Positions 28,778 to 39,925 of a stretch of DNA of 64,000 nucleotides are shown in pieces. Numbering within the stretch: position 1 is the stretch's first letter; each line of letters starts with the position of its first letter. The stretch is from an uncultured Bacilli bacterium (lineage in GTDB: Bacteria > Bacillota_I > Bacilli_A > RF39 > UBA660), in the NCBI GenBank assembly GCA_944329445.1, contig CALVIH010000001.1:30900-94899 (forward strand). Direction: 5' to 3'. The position numbers were made by a program, and so were the translations under genes. The notes beneath the pieces are model-generated. The model saw only the letters and a program-made list of their open reading frames with translations, did not search any database and was not told the origin of the DNA.

Positions 28778-31700
28778 GTGGCTTATAAGATAAGAAAAGT
28801 AAATGAATACCGTGAAAGAAGAGATTTCTCAAGAGTAAATAATTCCCTAGAGTTATCGGACTTACTTGAGATACAAACAAAATCTTACAATTGGTTTATT
28901 AAGGATGGAATCAAAGAAGTATTAGAAGAAATAAGCCCAGTAGAAAATTTCTCTGGAACATTATCTTTAGAATTTGGAGAATATTCATTTGATGAACCAA
29001 GGCATACGATTAAAGAATGTAAGGAGAAGAAAACTACTTATGCTGCTCCGTTAAAAGTTCAAACTCGTTTGTTTAACAACGAAACAGGCGAAGTTAAGGA
29101 ACAAGAAATCTTTTTGGGTGACATGCCACTTATGACCGATTCAGGATCATTTATATTTAATGGTTCAGAACGTGTTATTGTATCGCAATTAGTGCGTTCA
29201 CCTAGCGTTTATTATGGAAGAGAAATAGACAAAAACGGACGTTCTATAATCTCATCTCAAATCATACCAACAAGAGGAACTTGGCTTGAGTATAAACTTA
29301 ATAGTAAAGACGTTGTTGACGTTAGAATAGACCGTAACAGGAAAGTTGTAGTTACAGCTTTCTTAAGGGCTTTTGGATTATCTAGTGATGAGGATATCTT
29401 AAAGTTATACGGGCAAGATGAGTACCTAATTAATACGTTAGGTAAGGATTCAACCAAGAATACTGATGAGGCTTTACTTGAGATTTATGAAAAATTAAAA
29501 CCAGGAGAGCCTGCTACACTTGATAGTGCTAAGAACCAGTTAATAACTAGATTCTTCGACAACTTTAGATATGATTTGGCTAAGGTTGGACGTTATAAAT
29601 TCAACAAGAAACTTAATGTTGCTGATCGTTTATTAAACCAAAAGTTAGCTGAGGACATAGTGGTTGATGGTAAGGTTGTAATCGAAAAGGATACTAAGAT
29701 TACTAAGGACGTACTAGAAACATTAAAACCTATTTTAGCTGATGGATATGGTATGATCGATGCTACCATGAATAAAGAACTAGATGATCATACTATGGTT
29801 CAGGTTATAAGTATTTATTCTCCGGTAGAACCAGATAAGATTATAAAAGTAATTGGTAATGATCAATCAATCGATGTAAAAACACTTACTATATCAGATA
29901 TATATGCATCAGTATCTTATTATTTGAACCTTTTACATAACGTTGGTTCAATAGATGAAATAGATCATTTATCTAACCGTCGTTTAAGACAAGTTGGTGA
30001 GTTATTACAAAATCAATTTAGAATTGGTGTTGCTCGTATGGAAAGGGTTATTCGTGAAAGAATGACTACCCTAGACGTTGAAACGGCAACTCCAAAAACA
30101 CTTATAAACATAAGACCAATAACGGCAGTTATTAAAGAATTCTTTGGATCAAGTCCATTATCACAATTCATGGACCAAATTAACCCATTATCAGAGTTGA
30201 ATAACAAACGTCGTTTATCGGCCTTAGGACCAGGTGGACTTTCTCGTGATAGAGCTGCGATGGAAGTACGTGACGTTAACGTATCTCACTACGGAAGAAT
30301 TTGCCCTATCGAATCACCAGAAGGTGCTAACATAGGTCTTATTACCTCACTTGCAAACTACGCAAAGGTAAACGAATATGGTTTCATTATGACCCCATAT
30401 AGAAGGGTTAAAAATGGTAAATTACAAGATCAAATAGATTATTTAACAGCTGATGAAGAAAATGGACACATTATTGCGCAAGCTAAGGTAGACATGGATG
30501 GTGACACAATCGTTCAAGAACATTGTCCTGCTCGTCAAAACGGAGAAAATATTATTGCTTCTCCAAAGGAAATTGATTACATTGACGTAGCACCACAACA
30601 GATTGTATCTGTTACTACTAGTTGCATTCCTTTCTTGGATCACGATGATGCTCACCGTGCGCTAATGGGATCTAACATGCAACGTCAAGCGTTACCATTA
30701 TTAAAAGCAGAAGCGCCTTTGGTTGCAACGGGTGTTGAAGCACAAGCTGCAAAGGACTCTGGAGTGTGCGTTATCGCAAAGGCTGATGGTGTTGTAGAAT
30801 ACGTTGATGGTAAAAAGATAGTTGTTAAAACCGCAAAAGCAAAAGACATTTACATCTTAAAGAATTTTGAAGGATCGAACGCTGGAACATGTTATCACCA
30901 AAGACCAATCGTAAGAGTTGGTGATAAAGTAAAACGTGGTCAAATAATAGCGGATGGACCTTCTACTGATAAGGGTGAAGTTGCACTAGGTAAGAACTTA
31001 GTGGTAGCTTTCATGACTTATAACGGATATAACTATGAGGATGCTGTTATCCTAAACGAAAGAATGGTTAAGGATGACGTATTAACTTCAATATACATAG
31101 AAGATTATGAAATTCAGTGCCGTGACACTAAGTTAGGACCAGAGGAAATTACTCGTGATATTCCTAACGTTAGTGAAGAAGCTCGTAAGAACTTGGATGC
31201 TAACGGTATCATAAGAATTGGTACCGAAGTTAAGGAAGGCGACATTTTAGTTGGTAAGGTTACACCAAAGGGAATGGTAGAGTTAACTTCAGAGGAAAAA
31301 TTATTACATGCCATTTTTGGTGAAAAAACTCGTGAGGTAAGGGATACTTCTTTACGTGTTCCACATGGTGGTGCTGGTATCGTTCACGACATAAAGATAT
31401 ATACTAAAAAGGATTCGGATGAACTTCCTTCAGGAGTTTCAAAAGAAATCCGCGTGTACATTGTTCAAAAACGTAAGATTCAAGTTGGTGACAAGATGGC
31501 TGGTCGTCATGGTAACAAAGGTGTTATTTCACTTGTTGCTCCGCAAGAGGACATGCCATACTTACCAGATGGTACACCGGTTGATATTTTACTTAATCCG
31601 TTAGGTGTTCCTTCTCGTATGAACCCTGGACAAATACTTGAAATGCATTTAGGTATGGCTGCTAAAAAGTTAGGCGTTCATACTGCTACCCCAGTATTCG

Positions 31701-32416
31701 ATGGTGCTTCATGGAAGGATATCCAAGAAATGATGGTAGAAGCCGGTATGGATCCAGATGGTAAAACAGTTTTGTATAATGGTAAAACAGGTGAACCATT
31801 TGATAATCGTGTATCGGTTGGTGTTATGTACATGATAAAACTAGATCACATGGTTGATGATAAATTACACGCTCGTGCAACTGGTCCATATTCATTAGTT
31901 ACACAACAACCACTTGGTGGTAAAGCTCAATTCGGAGGACAAAGGTTTGGAGAAATGGAAGTTTGGGCATTATATGCTTATGGTGCTGCTCACGTACTTC
32001 AAGAAATCTTAACCGTTAAGTCAGACGACGTTGTCGGACGTGTTAAAGTTTATGAATCAATCGTTAAGGGTAAACCAATTGATCAAGCTGGTGTTCCTGA
32101 AAGTTTCCGTGTTCTTATTAAAGAATTCCAAGCTTTAGGATTAAACATTGCAATGATAAGCGAAGATGGTAAAGAAGTAGATGTTAAAACTCTTGAAGAA
32201 GAGGAAGATAAGGAAAGTACTCCTTTATCAATCGAAGAAATAGATAACGTATCAATGGTTAAACCTAAGGAAACGGTTGATGTTGTATCAGAAAAAGAAG
32301 CTACCTCAGAGAATGAGGAAGTAGTTAGTGAAGAAGAACAAGACGACTTCGAAGCTGAAGTTGAGGATAAATTAGATGAGTTAGATGATTCATTAATGGA
32401 AGGGGATGAAGAGTAA
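28778..32416 (+). CDS. rpoB: DNA-directed RNA polymerase subunit beta
   Basis: GTG start. 1212 aa with conserved beta-subunit blocks throughout (e.g. [18 protein letters not shown]). Long acidic C-terminal tail. Confidence 0.98.
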   Translation: MAYKIRKVNEYRERRDFSRVNNSLELSDLLEIQTKSYNWFIKDGIKEVLEEISPVENFSGTLSLEFGEYSFDEPRHTIKECKEKKTTYAAPLKVQTRLFNNETGEVKEQEIFLGDMPLMTDSGSFIFNGSERVIVSQLVRSPSVYYGREIDKNGRSIISSQIIPTRGTWLEYKLNSKDVVDVRIDRNRKVVVTAFLRAFGLSSDEDILKLYGQDEYLINTLGKDSTKNTDEALLEIYEKLKPGEPATLDSAKNQLITRFFDNFRYDLAKVGRYKFNKKLNVADRLLNQKLAEDIVVDGKVVIEKDTKITKDVLETLKPILADGYGMIDATMNKELDDHTMVQVISIYSPVEPDKIIKVIGNDQSIDVKTLTISDIYASVSYYLNLLHNVGSIDEIDHLSNRRLRQVGELLQNQFRIGVARMERVIRERMTTLDVETATPKTLINIRPITAVIKEFFGSSPLSQFMDQINPLSELNNKRRLSALGPGGLSRDRAAMEVRDVNVSHYGRICPIESPEGANIGLITSLANYAKVNEYGFIMTPYRRVKNGKLQDQIDYLTADEENGHIIAQAKVDMDGDTIVQEHCPARQNGENIIASPKEIDYIDVAPQQIVSVTTSCIPFLDHDDAHRALMGSNMQRQALPLLKAEAPLVATGVEAQAAKDSGVCVIAKADGVVEYVDGKKIVVKTAKAKDIYILKNFEGSNAGTCYHQRPIVRVGDKVKRGQIIADGPSTDKGEVALGKNLVVAFMTYNGYNYEDAVILNERMVKDDVLTSIYIEDYEIQCRDTKLGPEEITRDIPNVSEEARKNLDANGIIRIGTEVKEGDILVGKVTPKGMVELTSEEKLLHAIFGEKTREVRDTSLRVPHGGAGIVHDIKIYTKKDSDELPSGVSKEIRVYIVQKRKIQVGDKMAGRHGNKGVISLVAPQEDMPYLPDGTPVDILLNPLGVPSRMNPGQILEMHLGMAAKKLGVHTATPVFDGASWKDIQEMMVEAGMDPDGKTVLYNGKTGEPFDNRVSVGVMYMIKLDHMVDDKLHARATGPYSLVTQQPLGGKAQFGGQRFGEMEVWALYAYGAAHVLQEILTVKSDDVVGRVKVYESIVKGKPIDQAGVPESFRVLIKEFQALGLNIAMISEDGKEVDVKTLEEEEDKESTPLSIEEIDNVSMVKPKETVDVVSEKEATSENEEVVSEEEQDDFEAEVEDKLDELDDSLMEGDEE

Positions 32417-35400
32417 TGCTAGATGCAAATAGATTTGAAGGAATTAAAATATCTATCGCTTCACCCGAGCAAATCCGTGAATGGTCATATGGAGAAGTAA
32501 AAAAACCAGAAACAATTAACTATCGTACTTTAAAGCCAGAAAGAGATGGTTTGTTCTGTGAAAAAATCTTTGGTCCTACCAAGGATTATGAATGTGCTTG
32601 TGGAAAGTATAAGAGATTAAGATACAAAGATATCATTTGTGATAGATGTGGAGTAGAGGTTACTAAGTCTAAGGTTCGTCGTGAACGTATGGGTCACATC
32701 GAACTTGCTACTCCTGTATCTCATATTTGGTTCTTTAAGGGAGTTCCTAGTCGTATGGGGTTAGTACTTGATATGTCACCAAGAGATTTGGAAGAAGTAT
32801 TGTACTTTGTTTCATACGTTGTTATTAATCCAGGAGCTGCGCCTTTAGAGAAGAAACAAACTTTATCTGATAAAGAATACCGTGCTTATTACGAAAAGTA
32901 TGGAAATACTTTCGAAGTAGGTATGGGAGCGGAAGCAATTTTAAAACTTCTTAAAGAAATCGACGTTAAGGCTGAAATTGCAAAGATAGAAGAAGAGTTA
33001 AAAGATGCTCCAGAACAAAAGAAGACAAGATTATTAAAGAGATTAGACATTTTGGATTCGTTTGATAAATCTGGTAATAAACCAGAATGGATGATATTAA
33101 CGGCACTTCCTGTTATTCCACCAGAATTAAGGCCAATGATTCAACTGGATGGTGGTCGGTTTGCAACGAGTGATTTAAATGATTTATACAGACGTGTAAT
33201 TAACCGTAACAATCGTTTAAAGAAACTACTTGAGTTAAACGCTCCATCAATCATTGTTCAAAATGAGAAAAGAATGCTTCAAGAAGCGGTTGATGCTTTA
33301 TTCGATAACGGAAGACGTGGTAGAAACGTTACTGGTCCATCAAACAGACCTTTAAAATCAATTTCAAGTATGTTAAAGGGTAAACAAGGACGTTTCCGTC
33401 AAAACTTACTTGGTAAACGTGTTGACTACTCTGGTCGTTCGGTTATCGCGGTTGGTCCAACTCTTAAGATGTATCAATGTGGTATACCAAAAGAAATGGC
33501 TTTAGAGTTATTTAAACCACACGTTATTCATGGCTTGGTAGAAAGAGATATTGTTCATAATATTAAGTCTGCTAAAAAATTAATTGAAAATCAAGACGAA
33601 AGAGTATGGGACGTTGTTGAGGATGTTATCAAAGAACATCCAGTAATGTTAAACCGTGCTCCAACGCTTCATAGATTAGGTATTCAAGCATTTGAACCTA
33701 AGCTTGTTAGTGGTAAGGCAATCAGGTTGCACCCACTTGTTTGTGCAGCGTTTAACGCTGACTTTGATGGTGACCAAATGGCCGTTCACGTACCACTTTC
33801 AGAAGCTGCGCAAGCTGAAGCTAGAATATTGATGCTTGGTGCTAACAACATTCTTTCACCAAAGGATGGAAAACCAATCGTTACACCATCACAAGACATG
33901 GTTTTAGGTAACTATTATCTAACGATGGAAAAATCCGGTATTGAGGGTGAAGGAAGAGTATTTAAGAATGCTAACGAGGCAATTGAAGCGTACGAAAGAA
34001 GAGAACTTACTTTACACGCAAGAATTGCTCTACCAGCAAAATCCTTAAAATATAAAATGTTTACTGATGAACAAAAGGAAATGTATTTAGTAACTACTGT
34101 TGGTAAGTTAATCTTTAACGAAGTATTGCCAGATGGTTTCCAATACATAAACGAACCAACTGATGATAACTTTGAAAACTTAACTCCAATGAAGTATTTC
34201 TTACCACGTGGTACTAATATTCCAGAGTCAATAAAAGAAATGCCACTTGTAAAACCATTCCCTCAAGGTGCTTTAAAGAGTATTATTGCACAGATCTTTA
34301 AACGTTATAAAACAACGGAAACTTCAATAATGCTAGACCGTTTAAAAGATTTAGGATTTAAGTATTCAACGCTTGCTGGTATTTCAATTTCAATTGCTGA
34401 TGTTGAAACAAGTGAGCATAAGGAAGAAATTGTTGCTAAATCACAAAAGGTTGTTGATACGATAAATAAACAATACAGACGTGGTTTGATTACTGATAGA
34501 GAACGTTATGAAAAGGTTTGTGAGGTATGGAACCAGGCTACTAGTGAAGTTGAAAAAGAATTAAAGGCTAAGGTTGAGGCTCCATCTGATAACCCAATCA
34601 TGATGATGATGAACTCTAAAGCTCGTGGTAACTTATCACAATTTAGACAGTTAGCTGGTATGCGTGGACTTCTTGCTAAACCAAATGGTGAGGCGGTAGA
34701 GATACCAGTAACATCTTCATTCATAGATGGTTTATCAGTTTCTGAATTCTTCATTTCAACCCATGGTGCTCGTAAAGGTAACGCTGACACGGCTTTAAAA
34801 ACGGCTGACTCTGGATATTTGACAAGACGTTTGGTTGACGTTGTTCAAGATGTTATCGTAAGAGAAGAAGATTGTGGTACCATGCAAGGTGTTGTCGTAT
34901 CTGCATTTATTGATGACAACGCTGGAACCGTAATAGAAAGCTTGCATGAACGTATCGTTGGTAGGTTTACTAACAAAAAGGTAATTAATCCTGAAACTAA
35001 GGAATTAATCATCGATAAGAACCAATTAATTACTGAACCAATCGCAGATAAGATAGATAAAGCAGGAATTAAAGAAGTTGAAATAAGAACTGCATTAACT
35101 TGTAAGACTGAAAATGGTGTTTGTGAACATTGTTATGGTACTAACTTAGCTACGGGTAACATTGTAGAGATTGGTGAGGCTGTAGGTATAATGGCTGCTC
35201 AATCTATTGGTGAACCAGGTACTCAGCTTACGATGCGTACTTTCCATACTGGAGGTGTTGCATCAGGTGAAGATATTACTCAAGGTTTACCTCGTGTACA
35301 AGAGTTATTTGAAGCTAGAATACCTAAAGCAAAGGCAACCATTGCTGAAATTAATGGTAAGATTACAAAGATTGATGACCTTAATGGTAAATATAAAATT

Positions 35401-36048
35401 GAAATTACTAACGACGTAGAAACAAGAGAACATACAACAAATTATGGTGTTAAGCTTTGCGTTGAGGTTGGACAAGAAGTTAAGGCTGGTGATAAACTTA
35501 ACGTTGGTTCTATCAACCCTAAGGAATTACTTGCTGTAACTGACCCAATAACCGCTCAAAATTACATCTTAGCGGAAGTACAAAAAGTTTATAAGTCACA
35601 AGGTGTTGATGTTTCTGATAAACACATCGAAATTCTTGCACGTCGTATGATTGCTAGAATTAAGATAGTTGACGCTGGAGAAACTGAGTTAGTAGATGGT
35701 AAGTTAGTTTCAATGCATGAGTTTACCAGAATTAATAAAGAGGCTATCATTCAAGGTAAGAAACCTGCAACTGGTCGTCCAATAATGCTTGGTATTACTA
35801 AGGCATCACTAGAAACTGATTCATTCTTATCAGCTGCTTCATTCCAAGAAACTACGCGTATCTTAACCGATGCCGCAATAAAAGGTAAGGTTGACCACTT
35901 AACTGGTCTTAAGGAAAACGTATTACTTGGTAAGCTAATACCAGCTGGTACTGGATCTAAGTACTATTCTAACGTTAAGTATAAGTTAGAAAGCGAACAA
36001 GTAGAAGACGATGCGTTAGACGTATTAGAAGAGCAATTAACTGATTAA
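32416..36048 (+). CDS. rpoC: DNA-directed RNA polymerase subunit beta prime
   Basis: The ATG overlaps the rpoB stop (taatg). Zinc motif CACGKY..C..CG and the catalytic motif NADFDGDQM. Confidence 0.98.
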   Translation: MLDANRFEGIKISIASPEQIREWSYGEVKKPETINYRTLKPERDGLFCEKIFGPTKDYECACGKYKRLRYKDIICDRCGVEVTKSKVRRERMGHIELATPVSHIWFFKGVPSRMGLVLDMSPRDLEEVLYFVSYVVINPGAAPLEKKQTLSDKEYRAYYEKYGNTFEVGMGAEAILKLLKEIDVKAEIAKIEEELKDAPEQKKTRLLKRLDILDSFDKSGNKPEWMILTALPVIPPELRPMIQLDGGRFATSDLNDLYRRVINRNNRLKKLLELNAPSIIVQNEKRMLQEAVDALFDNGRRGRNVTGPSNRPLKSISSMLKGKQGRFRQNLLGKRVDYSGRSVIAVGPTLKMYQCGIPKEMALELFKPHVIHGLVERDIVHNIKSAKKLIENQDERVWDVVEDVIKEHPVMLNRAPTLHRLGIQAFEPKLVSGKAIRLHPLVCAAFNADFDGDQMAVHVPLSEAAQAEARILMLGANNILSPKDGKPIVTPSQDMVLGNYYLTMEKSGIEGEGRVFKNANEAIEAYERRELTLHARIALPAKSLKYKMFTDEQKEMYLVTTVGKLIFNEVLPDGFQYINEPTDDNFENLTPMKYFLPRGTNIPESIKEMPLVKPFPQGALKSIIAQIFKRYKTTETSIMLDRLKDLGFKYSTLAGISISIADVETSEHKEEIVAKSQKVVDTINKQYRRGLITDRERYEKVCEVWNQATSEVEKELKAKVEAPSDNPIMMMMNSKARGNLSQFRQLAGMRGLLAKPNGEAVEIPVTSSFIDGLSVSEFFISTHGARKGNADTALKTADSGYLTRRLVDVVQDVIVREEDCGTMQGVVVSAFIDDNAGTVIESLHERIVGRFTNKKVINPETKELIIDKNQLITEPIADKIDKAGIKEVEIRTALTCKTENGVCEHCYGTNLATGNIVEIGEAVGIMAAQSIGEPGTQLTMRTFHTGGVASGEDITQGLPRVQELFEARIPKAKATIAEINGKITKIDDLNGKYKIEITNDVETREHTTNYGVKLCVEVGQEVKAGDKLNVGSINPKELLAVTDPITAQNYILAEVQKVYKSQGVDVSDKHIEILARRMIARIKIVDAGETELVDGKLVSMHEFTRINKEAIIQGKKPATGRPIMLGITKASLETDSFLSAASFQETTRILTDAAIKGKVDHLTGLKENVLLGKLIPAGTGSKYYSNVKYKLESEQVEDDALDVLEEQLTD

Positions 36049-36074
36049 GAAAGCTAATTTTAGCTTTCTTTTTT
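36049..36074 (+). terminator. rho-independent terminator after rpoC
   Basis: gaaagcta-attt-tagctttc followed by T6. Confidence 0.8.
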
Positions 36075-36195
36075 ATGTTTTTATAAAATTTTAAGGACAT
36101 TTTAAAATAAACTTCTAAATATAAACGTGAGAGCACCTAAATGGAGGGTGGACTTCCTCTGATTAATTCTAAAAAAGAATGAAAAGAGGTTATTT

Positions 36196-36276
36196 ATGAA
36201 AAAAGAAAATAGGTTTCAAAGAGTAATAATTATCCTTTTAATTTTGATACTAGTTTTACTAATATTTAAAATATAA
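36196..36276 (+). CDS. unannotated 26-aa hydrophobic peptide, candidate type I toxin
   Basis: SD aagagg (36184-36189) lies 6 nt before the ATG. Translation is MKKENRFQRVIIILLILILVLLIFKI: a charged head followed by 15 consecutive aliphatic/aromatic residues. The ORF is below the 60-aa cutoff of the ORF track. Confidence 0.4.
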   Translation: MKKENRFQRVIIILLILILVLLIFKI

Positions 36277-36366
36277 AAGAAAAAGCGTACTATCCCATAA
36301 GGGGACGTACGCCTTTTCCTATTTAACAATAGGAAAGCTACTAACCTTAAGTTAGGTGCTCTCTTG
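36275..36366 (-). ncRNA. predicted antisense small RNA convergent with the small ORF
   Basis: Minus-strand promoter-like tttact (36401-36396), 17 nt, tataat (36378-36373). The transcript would run through the perfect 9-bp hairpin 36315-36336 to the bidirectional terminator. Prediction only. Confidence 0.25.
36285..36312. terminator. bidirectional hairpin terminator 3' of the small ORF
   Basis: gcgtac (36285-36290) / gtacgc (36307-36312) with inner tccc/ggga pairing. Flanked by an A-rich run upstream (tttttctttt on the minus strand) and cttttcc downstream. Confidence 0.55.
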
Positions 36367-36500
36367 AAGTTAATTATACATTATTAATTTATCTAAGTAA
36401 ATACAAAGTATAATATTTAATCTTTTAAAAATTATTAAAATCTTATATAAAATATGGTGTTTTTGAAGTTTTATGTTACAATATACCTTAAGGTGATTTT

Positions 36501-37829
36501 ATGAATGAAGTTGAAAGTTTTTTAAATTCATTAAATATTAAAAAAAACGACGTTTTAGTAGTGGCGGTTTCTTACGGACCTGATTCTATGTTCTTATTAG
36601 ATTTATTAAAGAATAAGTATACTTCTAATAAAATCATATGTGCCCATGTGCACCATAACCATAGAAAAGAAAGTGATGCTGAAGCAAGATTACTAAAAGA
36701 ATACTGTGTTAAAAATAAATTAACTTTTGAGTTCATGAAAATAAAAAAGTATGATAATGGTAATTTTAGTGAGGAAGAAGCAAGAAAAAAAAGATATGAG
36801 TTCTTTGATACTTTAATGACGAAATACAATTCAAAATATTTGTTTACGGCCCATCATGGAGATGATTTAAGCGAAACGATTTTAATGCGAATCGTACGTG
36901 GTGCAAACGTAAGTGGCTACGTTGGAATACGAAAAGAAAGTGATCGTGCCGGTTATAAAATTATAAGACCTTTACTTTATTTAACAAAAGAGAATATAGA
37001 AAAATATTGTAATATGAATAAAATTCCATACGCGGTTGATGCGTCAAACGAAAGTAGTTTGTATACCAGAAATAGATATAGAAACGTAATTTTAAAATCA
37101 CTAAAAGAAGAAAATAAAAACGTTCATAAAAAGTTTTTGCAATTTTCAGAAGAACTTGAAGAATATGATAATTACATTAACAAGGTTGTTGATAAACAAT
37201 ATTTAAAAGTAGTGGATAAAGGTGTTATTAACATAAGTAAAATAAGTGGTTTAGAGGATCTTATTAAAAGAAAAATAATAGAACGTTATTTATTAGAAGA
37301 ATATAAAGATGATATAAAAAGTGTTAATCATAACCATGTTTTAAAGATAAAAAATGTTATTGATAGAAACAAACCGAATTGCAAAGTTTCAATGCCGCTT
37401 GGAAAAACGATTGTTAAATCCTATAATAGTCTATATTTCGATAATGAACCGATGTATAATAGTTATTGCTATCGTTTTGATGGTTTCATAAAATTGCCAA
37501 ACGGTTATGTTATAAAAAGAATTGATGATCTAAAAGATACATCTAATTTCGTGGCGGCTTTTAATAGTAATGATATTTCGTTGCCGCTATATGTTAGAAA
37601 TAAAAAAAACGGTGATAAAATGAGCGTTTTAAACTTAAATGGAGAAAAGAAAATAAAGGATATTTTTATCGATGAGAAAGTATGTATTACCAGAAGAGAT
37701 AAATATCCGGTTTTGGTTGACAGCGACGATCGTATATTGTGGCTTCCAGGACTTAAAAAATCTAAATACGATAAGTCAAAGAAAGGAAATTATGATATAA
37801 TATTAGAGTATTACAAGGAGGAAAATTAA
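36501..37829 (+). CDS. tilS: tRNA(Ile)-lysidine synthetase
   Basis: PP-loop VAVSYGPDS, and HHGDDLSETILMR. Lies upstream of ftsH as in Bacillus. Confidence 0.9.
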   Translation: MNEVESFLNSLNIKKNDVLVVAVSYGPDSMFLLDLLKNKYTSNKIICAHVHHNHRKESDAEARLLKEYCVKNKLTFEFMKIKKYDNGNFSEEEARKKRYEFFDTLMTKYNSKYLFTAHHGDDLSETILMRIVRGANVSGYVGIRKESDRAGYKIIRPLLYLTKENIEKYCNMNKIPYAVDASNESSLYTRNRYRNVILKSLKEENKNVHKKFLQFSEELEEYDNYINKVVDKQYLKVVDKGVINISKISGLEDLIKRKIIERYLLEEYKDDIKSVNHNHVLKIKNVIDRNKPNCKVSMPLGKTIVKSYNSLYFDNEPMYNSYCYRFDGFIKLPNGYVIKRIDDLKDTSNFVAAFNSNDISLPLYVRNKKNGDKMSVLNLNGEKKIKDIFIDEKVCITRRDKYPVLVDSDDRILWLPGLKKSKYDKSKKGNYDIILEYYKEEN

Positions 37830-39812
37830 ATGCAGAATAATCAAAACATGAAAAAGGGAATGTTTCCTTATATTATGCTTTTAGTTATTGGTATAGCAAT
37901 AATGATTTTCTATAACATGACTAATGACATGAATAAGGAATTAACATATAATGAGTTTAATAAAGCTTTGACGGAAAATAAGATAGAGGAGGTAGTTATC
38001 ACCCCTAGTACCGCAGCTTATACATATCAGTTATCAGGTACGTTAAGAGATGCAAAAGAAGGAGAAACCTTTAGTGTTAAAACTCCGCTTTCAGATACCG
38101 TAATTGAAGATATAGTAAAAGCAAGTGAAGAAAAAGACTTTACGATTATTTCTAAGTCTGATCCAACTTCTTCAACTTGGTACGTGTTCTTAATGAACGT
38201 ATTACCATACATAATTTTAATTGGTTTAGCATTTTGGTTCTTTACTAGACAACTTGGTGGACAAAAGGGATCAATGGATTTTGGAAGAAGTAAGGCTAAA
38301 CTTAATCCTGATAAAGGTAAGGTAACGTTTAAAGACGTAGCGGGATTACCTGAAGAAAAAGAAGAGTTACAAGAGTTGATAGATTTCCTTAAGAATCCAA
38401 AGAAATTTACTAAATTAGGAGCTAGAATACCTAAGGGTGTACTTTTAGTAGGTCCTCCAGGAACTGGTAAAACGTTACTTGCAAAGGCTGTTGCAGGAGA
38501 AGCTAACGCACCATTTTACTTTATTTCTGGATCTGACTTCGTAGAGTTATACGTAGGTATTGGAGCAAGCCGTGTAAGAGACATGTTTAAACAAGCAAAA
38601 CAAAACGCGCCATGTTTAATATTCATAGACGAAATTGACGCCGTAGGACGTCAACGTGGAACTGGTATTGGTGGAGGTCACGATGAAAGAGAACAAACCT
38701 TAAACCAGTTACTAACGGAAATGGATGGATTTGGTGCTAATGAGGGTATTATAATTATCGCTGCAACAAACAGACCTGACGTACTTGACCCAGCGTTATT
38801 AAGACCAGGAAGATTTGATAGGCAAGTAACCGTTGCTTTACCAGAGATGAAAGCAAGGGAAGAAATATTAAAAGTTCATGCTAGGAATAAAATTCTATCT
38901 AAAAACGTACACTTAGATAGCATTGCAAAAAGAACCGTTGGTTTTTCTGGGGCTGACTTAGAAAACTTACTTAACGAAGCTGCTTTACTTGCGGTAAGAA
39001 GAGAAAAATCAGCTATTACGATGTCTGAGATAGACGAAGCAATAGATAGGGTAATAATGGGACCAGCTAAGGTAACTAAAAAGTATACTCCGCAAGAAAA
39101 GAAACTAGTAGCATACCACGAAGCCGGGCATGCGGTATTAGGTATTAAGCTTGATAATGCAAATGACGTACAAAAAGTAACCATAATTCCTAGGGGTCAA
39201 GCAGGCGGTTATAACCTAATGCTTCCAAAGGAAGAAAAATATACGGCAACAAAAACCGAATTGTTAGAACAAATTATGGGATTACTTGGCGGTCGTGTTG
39301 CAGAAGAAGTTGTGTTTGGAGAAATAACAACTGGTGCACATAACGACTTTTCAAAGGCTACTAAAATAGCTCGTAGTATGGTTACCGAGTACGGAATGTC
39401 ATCACTTGGACCAGTACAATTAGAAACACCAGAAGGAAGTTCGTTCTTGGGAAGAGATTACAATAAAAACAGAAACTTCTCTGACCAAGTAGCATTGGAA
39501 ATAGATAACGAAGTAAGAAAAATAATTAACGAATGCTATGAAAAAGCTAAAAAACTTATTGAGAAAAATAGGGATTTACTTGATTTAATAGCAACTAACT
39601 TAATCGAGCATGAAACTCTAACTAAAGAACAAATCGATTATTTAGCAGAAAATGGAAAAATGCCAGACGAAGACATGCTAGATGATGTTACTTTACCAAA
39701 GCTAAAAGAAATGGCTAAGGAAAAAGGTATTAAAGGTTATTCAACTATGAATAAAGACGAACTTAAAAAAGCTTTAACAAGTGAACTTAAAGAAGAAAAA
39801 GAAAGCGACTAG
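37830..39812 (+). CDS. ftsH: ATP-dependent zinc metalloprotease FtsH with C-terminal HeH/Rho_N-like tail
   Basis: Two TM helices, Walker [16 protein letters not shown], and zinc site HEAGHA. The extra C-terminal segment is [28 protein letters not shown]. Confidence 0.97.
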   Translation: MQNNQNMKKGMFPYIMLLVIGIAIMIFYNMTNDMNKELTYNEFNKALTENKIEEVVITPSTAAYTYQLSGTLRDAKEGETFSVKTPLSDTVIEDIVKASEEKDFTIISKSDPTSSTWYVFLMNVLPYIILIGLAFWFFTRQLGGQKGSMDFGRSKAKLNPDKGKVTFKDVAGLPEEKEELQELIDFLKNPKKFTKLGARIPKGVLLVGPPGTGKTLLAKAVAGEANAPFYFISGSDFVELYVGIGASRVRDMFKQAKQNAPCLIFIDEIDAVGRQRGTGIGGGHDEREQTLNQLLTEMDGFGANEGIIIIAATNRPDVLDPALLRPGRFDRQVTVALPEMKAREEILKVHARNKILSKNVHLDSIAKRTVGFSGADLENLLNEAALLAVRREKSAITMSEIDEAIDRVIMGPAKVTKKYTPQEKKLVAYHEAGHAVLGIKLDNANDVQKVTIIPRGQAGGYNLMLPKEEKYTATKTELLEQIMGLLGGRVAEEVVFGEITTGAHNDFSKATKIARSMVTEYGMSSLGPVQLETPEGSSFLGRDYNKNRNFSDQVALEIDNEVRKIINECYEKAKKLIEKNRDLLDLIATNLIEHETLTKEQIDYLAENGKMPDEDMLDDVTLPKLKEMAKEKGIKGYSTMNKDELKKALTSELKEEKESD

Positions 39813-39829
39813 AGAAATAGTCGTTTTTT
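39806..39829 (+). terminator. rho-independent terminator after ftsH
   Basis: cgacta-gagaaa-tagtcg followed by T6. Overlaps the ftsH stop codon. Confidence 0.75.
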
Positions 39830-39867
39830 AATGCTTTACATTTGTTCTTCACAGTAAAATCAAAACC

Positions 39868-39896
39868 TTGACCGGGGGGGGTATATGATATTATTA
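39868..39896 (+). promoter_or_regulatory. promoter-like element containing a G8 homopolymer in the spacer
   Basis: ttgacc (39868-39873), gggggggg (39874-39881), then tatatgatattatta offering several -10 registers (tattat at 39889, ttatta at 39891). Confidence 0.4.
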
Positions 39897-39925
39897 ACAT
39901 GTAGATATTTATAGATTGGAGGAGT

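Noticed and set aside
36141-36182. A 13-codon upstream ORF (MEGGLPLINSKKE) ending inside the SD of the 26-aa hydrophobic ORF, possibly a mok-like coupling frame.
   Set aside because: No SD precedes its ATG. The ggaggg it contains is better explained as a decoy or partner for the cctct anti-SD. It is kept only as part of the RNA-structure description.
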